From an uncultured bacterium (GTDB lineage: Bacteria > Zixibacteria > MSB-5A5 > GN15 > FEB-12), in NCBI GenBank assembly GCA_965372795.1, contig CBDVDR010000001.1, forward strand, positions 160,001-224,000: DNA of 64,000 bases, written 5' to 3'. Under the pieces are notes generated by a model. It was not told where the DNA came from. It did not search any database and worked only from the letters and a program-made list of their open reading frames with translations. Positions 58,039 through 64,000 of the stretch are shown in pieces (position 1 is the stretch's first letter; each line of letters starts with the position of its first letter). A program made the position numbers and the translations under genes.

Positions 58039-59123
58039 CGTACTTTTAATGTCGCCAGAGTTATCAATGCGCACAGCGCTCCGATAATCCAGAACCTTAC
58101 TACAACTTTTGATTCAGCCCATCCACAAAGTTCAAAGTGATGATGAATAGGCGCCATTTTAAATATTCTTTTTCCACCCCGATATCTATAAGAAACAACC
58201 TGAATAATGACCGACAAAGCTTCCATCACAAACACAGCCCCGACAATTACCAGGAGTAATTCTTTTTTAAGTAAAATCGCAATTGCACCAATTGCCCCGC
58301 CCAAAGCCAGGGAACCGGTATCACCCATAAATACTTCCGCCGGATGAGAATTGAACCACAAAAAGCCGATTGCCGCCCCAACTGTTGCGGCACAGAAAAT
58401 TGTCAACTCGCCGGTTCCGGGCAGATAGTCGATCTGTAAATAATTTGCAAAATCTATTCGTCCACTGACATAAGCGATACCGCCAAAGGTGAAAAAACAA
58501 ATCCCGACTAATCCGATAGCCAGCCCATCAAGACCATCAGTTAGATTGACAGCGTTTGATGAACCGGTAATGACCAGAATAATAAACGGGATATATAATA
58601 TGCCTAAAACCAATACATAATTTTTGAAAAACGGTATTGAGGTCGTCCCGTCATAATAAGATTCCGGGGCAAGATATTTAAGCAACAACCCGAATAACAA
58701 TCCCAGCATTATCTGACCGACAAGTTTTTTGCGACCAATCATCCCTTTGGGCTGTTTCTTGATTACTTTTAAATAATCATCCATATAGCCGATCAGCCCC
58801 ATCCAGACGGTCGCAAGCAAAACCATCATGACATAAAAATTTGACAAGTCCGACCATAGCAAAGTTGGAATCACAATCCCGGCTAAAATAATTAACCCGC
58901 CCATAGTTGGGGTTCCGGCTTTTTCCAGATGCGATTTAGGTCCATCCTGTCTTATAGTTTCCTGAATCTGATATTTTTTTAATAACCGTATAAAATAGGG
59001 ACCCAAAATTAATGAGATAATTATTGCGGTGATAGTTGCACCGGCTGCCCTGAATGTGATATAGCGGAACAAATTGAACCCGGAAACATATTTGGTCAGA
59101 GGATATAACAGATGATAAAGCAT
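58035..59123 (-). CDS. mraY: Phospho-MurNAc-pentapeptide transferase
   Basis: KAGTPTMGG, DDYLK, NAVNLTDGLDGL, FMGDTGS, APIHHHFE. Confidence 0.97.
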   Translation of the reverse strand: MLYHLLYPLTKYVSGFNLFRYITFRAAGATITAIIISLILGPYFIRLLKKYQIQETIRQDGPKSHLEKAGTPTMGGLIILAGIVIPTLLWSDLSNFYVMMVLLATVWMGLIGYMDDYLKVIKKQPKGMIGRKKLVGQIMLGLLFGLLLKYLAPESYYDGTTSIPFFKNYVLVLGILYIPFIILVITGSSNAVNLTDGLDGLAIGLVGICFFTFGGIAYVSGRIDFANYLQIDYLPGTGELTIFCAATVGAAIGFLWFNSHPAEVFMGDTGSLALGGAIGAIAILLKKELLLVIVGAVFVMEALSVIIQVVSYRYRGGKRIFKMAPIHHHFELCGWAESKVVVRFWIIGALCALITLATLKVR

Positions 59124-60502
59124 TAGTTCACCCCTCCATTTGATTCATAATATTCTAAGATTGCTTCAAGCCCAATTCCACGGGATGCTTTTAGAAAAAC
59201 AAAATCATTCTTCTGCAAAATTAAACCAATCTTCCCCGCACAATCTGCTGCCGTTTCAAAATGAATAACTTTTTTTACATTATCTGATGAAACACTAAAA
59301 GATTTTAAAGCCGCTTTCATCTCGGTGCCAACTAGAATCAGAAAATCAAAATTATAATTGAAAAGACTCTCACCAAGTTCCTGATGGTATTTTGATGAGC
59401 TGGCGCCTAATTCAAGCATATCACCAAGAATTATAATTCGTCTGGTTCCAATATTTATTTCAAAAAACGCTTTAAGTCCTGCTTTTACAGATTCGGGATT
59501 GGCGTTATAACAATCCGACATAAATGTTATGTTACTTTTCTCGATCAGCTGTCCCCTCATCGGAGCTGACTCTAATTTTATTTTTGCAGTTTCAATCCCA
59601 TTGAAATTATATCCTAGAGTTCTTATAGAAGCATATGCACCAAGAAAATTATAAAGCTGATGTTTCCCGGCATACGGCAGACAAAATTCATTACCTTCTA
59701 TCCATATTTTTCTTATCGCTGGGTCTTCATCAACAATTTTCTCAATATAAAAATCGGCTTTGTTATCAATTCCAAAAGTTATAAAATTATTTCTAATCGT
59801 TTTAGCTTCCTGCATAAGAACAGAATCATCAGCGTTGATAATCAAAGGGATACTATGATCTGCATTTTTAATAAGTTGCAATTTCGCCCGGGCAACATCT
59901 TCAACTGAGTTCAAAAATTCCAAATGAGAAGGACCAACATTGGTTATCAAAACTACATCCGGATTAACCATCGCAGCAAGTTGAGGCATTTCTTCATAAG
60001 TCGAGATACCAAGTTCCAGGATTGCTGTTTTTGTATCTAATGCCATTTGAAACAGAGATAAAGGTGCGCCGAACAAATTATTCAAATTCCCCGGAGACCG
60101 AAAAGCCTTAGATTCAACAGCTTTGAGCAAGCTAAAGGCAAATTCTTTGGTGGTTGTTTTTCCATTGGAACCGGTGATACCCAGAATTTTGGACTTTAAT
60201 TTTTTTCTATACTCAGTTGCCAGCTTTATCATGGCCTGATGAGTATTTTCAACGACAAGCACCGGTGCATTAATTTTATTTGAATTATTATAGTTACTCT
60301 CAACAACAACAACAGCAGCATCTTTTTTGATCACATCATTGATAAACTGATGACCATCTTGCTTCTCACCTTTTATAGCAAAAAACAATTCATTTCTTTT
60401 GATGGATCTACTGTCTATAGAAACACCGGCAAAAGATAGGGATGGATCGCTAATATTCATCAGCTTCCCGTCTGTTAATGCTTCAAGTTCTGTTAATTGC
60501 AA
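59123..60502 (-). CDS. murF: UDP-MurNAc-tripeptide--D-Ala-D-Ala ligase
   Basis: SIDSR, ITGSNGKTTTKE, DCYNANPES, LGDMLELG, KASRG. Start at TTG 60502 or 60523. Confidence 0.94.
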   Translation of the reverse strand: MQLTELEALTDGKLMNISDPSLSFAGVSIDSRSIKRNELFFAIKGEKQDGHQFINDVIKKDAAVVVVESNYNNSNKINAPVLVVENTHQAMIKLATEYRKKLKSKILGITGSNGKTTTKEFAFSLLKAVESKAFRSPGNLNNLFGAPLSLFQMALDTKTAILELGISTYEEMPQLAAMVNPDVVLITNVGPSHLEFLNSVEDVARAKLQLIKNADHSIPLIINADDSVLMQEAKTIRNNFITFGIDNKADFYIEKIVDEDPAIRKIWIEGNEFCLPYAGKHQLYNFLGAYASIRTLGYNFNGIETAKIKLESAPMRGQLIEKSNITFMSDCYNANPESVKAGLKAFFEINIGTRRIIILGDMLELGASSSKYHQELGESLFNYNFDFLILVGTEMKAALKSFSVSSDNVKKVIHFETAADCAGKIGLILQKNDFVFLKASRGIGLEAILEYYESNGGVN

Positions 60503-60503
60503 A

Positions 60504-61982
60504 CTAATCAATTTCCTCACCACTTTTGAATCCCAATTCTCCTAAGATTCTGGTAGCTTCTTCGACATCACTAAAAGGAATTCGCTCGCCTTTTATCTCT
60601 TGATAATTTTCTGATCCCTTACCGGCAAGCAAGACCACATCACCGGGTTGTGCCATTTTTAAAATAGTCTTAATAGCATCTGCTCGATCAGGAATAATCT
60701 GATAATTATCCCCACTTAATCCCGGTTTTATATCTTCAATGATCTCATTCATATCTTCACTTCTTGGATTGTCGGAAGTAACAACCGTAAAATTAGCCGT
60801 TTCTGTTGCAACTTGTCCCATTAGAGGTCTTTTCCCTTTGTCACGATCTCCGCCGCATCCAAATAGAATTAACAAACGACCTTTGGATACTTCCCTGGCT
60901 GCTTCACAAAGTCTTTTGATTGCATCGGGGGTATGAGCAAAGTCGACATATACAGAAAAGGGCTGATTACATTGGACATAATTGAATCTACCTTCGACCG
61001 GTTTTGCTTTTTCCAAGCCTTTTACGATATTATCAATATCTATTCCACAAGCAAAACCTCCGCTTGCCGCCGCAATAGCATTACGTAAATTAAATTTACC
61101 GGGCAGCTTTAAAACGATTGTCCGGGTTCCCATTGGAGTAACTAAATCAAAGGTCGTTTTATCAGGACCAATTTCATAACTGCTGCAGTAAATATCAGCC
61201 GAGGGATCACTCAATGAATAGCTGATATAGGAAGAATTAAAATCACCAAAAAATTGTTTGAACTCAGGTTGATCAATATTGATTACAGCATAACTCAAGG
61301 CGCCGTCCAATTTACTCAATAGTTTTGCTTTGGCATTTAAATATTCTTCCATTGATTTATGAAAATCAAGATGATCTCTTGTAATATTTGTAAATATTGC
61401 GACGCAAAAATTAATTGCATCTACACGATGTAACATTAAGGAATGAGAGGACACTTCAATAATCGCATTAACGCAATAATTCTTTTTCATCAAATAAAGC
61501 AATCGTTGAAGATCCAACGACTCGGGCGTTGTGCGTTCAGCCTTAAATTGTTCTTTGCCAGTATCATAAATATTTGACGTTATCAAACCGACTTTCTTAT
61601 CCCGAGACTCTAAAATATATTTCAGCAGATAACAGGTCGTTGTTTTTCCGTTAGTTCCCGTGACACCGCAAACTTTAACCGACTTGCCGGGGTATCCATA
61701 AAATTTTGCCGCAGCTTCAGCCATAGCTGCCCGAACATCCGTAACTTGTACATAGTTATCAATCAAATCACAATTCTCACGTTCACCCATAACAGCAATA
61801 GCACCGTTTGCTTTTGCCTGTTCTACAAAATCATTTCCATCTGTTTCGTAGCCTTTAATAGCGATAAACAAACAATTCTTGCGGACTTGGCGGGAGTCAT
61901 GCTCTATCTGTTCAATTTCCACATCCTGAGATCCGAAAATTGTAACATCAGGAATACTCCTTACAAGATCTTCTAACTTAAT
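60504..61982 (-). CDS. murE: UDP-MurNAc-dipeptide--meso-DAP ligase; probable ATT start
   Basis: HDSR, TGTNGKTT, EVSSH, DHLDFH, DFAHTPD, GCGGDRD, DNPR (DAP-type). The frame extends upstream of GTG 61922 to AGGAGG-N5-ATT AAG TTA GAA at 61982. Confidence 0.93.
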   Translation of the reverse strand: MKLEDLVRSIPDVTIFGSQDVEIEQIEHDSRQVRKNCLFIAIKGYETDGNDFVEQAKANGAIAVMGERENCDLIDNYVQVTDVRAAMAEAAAKFYGYPGKSVKVCGVTGTNGKTTTCYLLKYILESRDKKVGLITSNIYDTGKEQFKAERTTPESLDLQRLLYLMKKNYCVNAIIEVSSHSLMLHRVDAINFCVAIFTNITRDHLDFHKSMEEYLNAKAKLLSKLDGALSYAVINIDQPEFKQFFGDFNSSYISYSLSDPSADIYCSSYEIGPDKTTFDLVTPMGTRTIVLKLPGKFNLRNAIAAASGGFACGIDIDNIVKGLEKAKPVEGRFNYVQCNQPFSVYVDFAHTPDAIKRLCEAAREVSKGRLLILFGCGGDRDKGKRPLMGQVATETANFTVVTSDNPRSEDMNEIIEDIKPGLSGDNYQIIPDRADAIKTILKMAQPGDVVLLAGKGSENYQEIKGERIPFSDVEEATRILGELGFKSGEEID

Positions 61983-61991
61983 AACAACCTC

Positions 61992-64000
61992 CTATAACGG
62001 CCGACAATTTATACGACAAGTTGATGTTTCAACTAATTCTGTTCCGGATCTAATCGACTGCTTAACAACCCGGCCTTTACCTTTTATCTCTAAATTTATT
62101 CCTGTATACTCACTAAAGGCTGACACTTCCCTAATCGAAAGACCTCTTAAATCGGGCATAAGTATTTTTTCTGAAACGGTCTCTTTTATAACAAGAATCA
62201 ATTCATCATCTTTAAACAACAATCGATCCGGTGAAGGAAATTGCCACACAATCACCCCTTCATCAGCATTGGATCGATAAGCAATCCCTTTTTCATCTAT
62301 CTCTTGAACGGCAACTTCTATTTCCTGACCAATAAAATTTGGAATTTCTATTGTATTACTGATTTCATCAGATTTGACACTGAGAAGACGATCAGGAGTA
62401 CTAAACAGATCCGGATTTAAGACGGCATATTGTTCTGCAATTTTCCTAAAGGTAGGACCTGCTGTCCAACCCCCATAGTGAATCGGTTGCGGTTCTTCAA
62501 CTACGACCACACCAGCAACCAATGGATCCTCAGCCGGGAAAAATCCGGCAAAACTTGCCATGAATTTACTTCTGAAGTAGCGTCTATTTTCAAGGTCAAA
62601 AATTTGAGCCGTCCCTGTTTTTCCGGCAATATTAACTACTTTGGAATTCGCCGGCTCGGCAGTGCCCTGTTCTACAACACCTCGTAAAAAAGCTATTAAA
62701 GAATCAGAAGAGCTCCTTTTCATCACAGTGCGAATTTCACGAGAGTCATATTCATCTATGACATATCCATTGGCATCAACGTATCCTAAAACAAGGCGCG
62801 GTTTGATTAAATTACCACCATTGGCAATTGCTCCCATTGCCGTTGTCATTTGAAGCGTGGAAACCGCAATTGAATGACCAATTGCTAAAGCGGCCGTGTT
62901 ATAATCCGACCATGTAGGAGGAGCAGACATCTTGCCGGATGTTTCTCCAGGCAGACAATTTAACAGTTTTTGTCCAAATCCGAACTGCTTGGCTGTTTCA
63001 AGAATTTCTTCACCACCGAGATCAATAGAAAATTTTGCAATTCCGATATTACTTGACAGTTCAATAATCTGACGAAATGTTAACCATTCCAATTTTTTAT
63101 CATCGTGTAAATAACTCCGCCCAAGTTTCCATATCCCTTGTTCACAAAATGTTGTATCAGAAAAATTAACCATACCTTTGTCAAGGATGGAAGCTGCCGG
63201 GAAAACTTTGAAAATTGAACCCGGTTCAAATTGATCGGTAATCACACGAAGTTTGATTGGCTTGTTTGGATTTTTTTCTTCAGGATCAAAATGCGCCATA
63301 GCTAAAATATCACCATTGCGAACATTTATAAAGGCTGCCATTGCCGATTTAGCATTGTATTTTTCTACAGCATACTTTAACTCTTCCTCGACTGATTCCT
63401 GCAATTTGAAATCTATTGTTAAAACCACCGATTGACCCGGAACCGGTTTCACCAGCGCTTTTTCTTTTACCCGAAAAGTATTGTTAAGACCATCGCGACG
63501 AACATCCGCCCAGCCGTTTTGCCCGCCTAAAACAGAATCAAAGGAATATTCAAACCCTGCCTGACCCTCATTGTCAATACTTGTAAAACCAATAATCTGC
63601 TTTCCAACCGAACCATAGGGATAGTCGCGCTTGGCTTCTTTTCTTAAATATAATCCCCGGGGAGCATCCGCTTCAATTTTAGCCGCAAATTTATCGCTAA
63701 TTTTCCTTTTTATCCACCTGAAACGACGTTTGGCCAGACCATATTTTTTCTTTGCAGTATTCTTTGATAGTGAAAAAGTTTTCTCAAGATACTGTGAAAC
63801 TTCACTCAGCTCTTCCTTTGTTTCCGGATAGGCATATAAAGATGAAAGAAAAACATTTGTGGCAACCACATTACCGCAGCGGTCAAAAATTATTCCACGT
63901 TTTGGCGGTATTGAAACTTTTGTCCCGGATTGTTTTTGGACCCTTTTCCCATAGTCATCGGCTAAAACAACCTGCAAATGAAAGAGTCTTGCGATAACGA
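61992..64000 (-). CDS. ftsI: Class B penicillin-binding protein FtsI with PASTA domains, 5'-truncated
   Basis: RGIIFDR, RDYPYG, EPGSIFK (SxxK), SSN, KTGTAQ, two PASTA-like repeats. Frame open to the window edge. Confidence 0.93.
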   Translation of the reverse strand, partial: VIARLFHLQVVLADDYGKRVQKQSGTKVSIPPKRGIIFDRCGNVVATNVFLSSLYAYPETKEELSEVSQYLEKTFSLSKNTAKKKYGLAKRRFRWIKRKISDKFAAKIEADAPRGLYLRKEAKRDYPYGSVGKQIIGFTSIDNEGQAGFEYSFDSVLGGQNGWADVRRDGLNNTFRVKEKALVKPVPGQSVVLTIDFKLQESVEEELKYAVEKYNAKSAMAAFINVRNGDILAMAHFDPEEKNPNKPIKLRVITDQFEPGSIFKVFPAASILDKGMVNFSDTTFCEQGIWKLGRSYLHDDKKLEWLTFRQIIELSSNIGIAKFSIDLGGEEILETAKQFGFGQKLLNCLPGETSGKMSAPPTWSDYNTAALAIGHSIAVSTLQMTTAMGAIANGGNLIKPRLVLGYVDANGYVIDEYDSREIRTVMKRSSSDSLIAFLRGVVEQGTAEPANSKVVNIAGKTGTAQIFDLENRRYFRSKFMASFAGFFPAEDPLVAGVVVVEEPQPIHYGGWTAGPTFRKIAEQYAVLNPDLFSTPDRLLSVKSDEISNTIEIPNFIGQEIEVAVQEIDEKGIAYRSNADEGVIVWQFPSPDRLLFKDDELILVIKETVSEKILMPDLRGLSIREVSAFSEYTGINLEIKGKGRVVKQSIRSGTELVETSTCRINCRPL

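Noticed and set aside
61992..61994. Genome-wide amber recoding (pyrrolysine or Gln)
   Set aside because: ftsZ, pyk and the PorV-like gene end at TAG at their expected C-termini.

Overview
A low-GC bacterial chromosomal window. The Cys-flanked dockerin tails (DISDLTY..DY.F.GG..P), the TonB-receptor/CTD-protein/PorV triad and the gene content suggest the FCB group, most likely candidate division Zixibacteria; this is inference and was not tested. In order it holds: a partial TPR gene; sthA; rmuC; a minus-strand TonB-receptor/secreted-protein/PorV-like operon followed by an HExxH peptidase-like gene; a divergent sensor operon (ABC_sub_bind/YfiR-like protein, HAMP kinase, two single receivers, hybrid kinase); pyrE-acpS; a probable 6S RNA; nrdJ; a degenerate polysaccharide deacetylase and pyk; envelope genes; gap-pgk-tpiA-secG-tRNA-Leu; msrAB; a cluster of three dockerin proteins (one with 43 contiguous 23-aa thrombospondin type-3 repeats, one with a cohesin-like domain) around an O-antigen-ligase/TPR gene; ptrB; rpmB; an orphan flagellin; a REP-flanked lipoprotein; and the dcw cluster from ftsI to ftsZ, lacking murB and ddl. 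I saw no CRISPR array, integrase, transposase or prophage. The main observations are: (1) six correctly oriented sigma28/FliA-WhiG-like promoters in front of non-flagellar genes, including both arms of the TonB/sensor divergon and nrdJ, with none before the flagellin; (2) the non-cellulosomal dockerin/cohesin surface cluster with a hierarchically repeated TSP3 rod; (3) murE apparently starting at ATT, in frame with ftsI across a single TAG; (4) the 6S-like RNA and three C-rich anti-SD sRNA candidates; (5) a pseudo-deacetylase.
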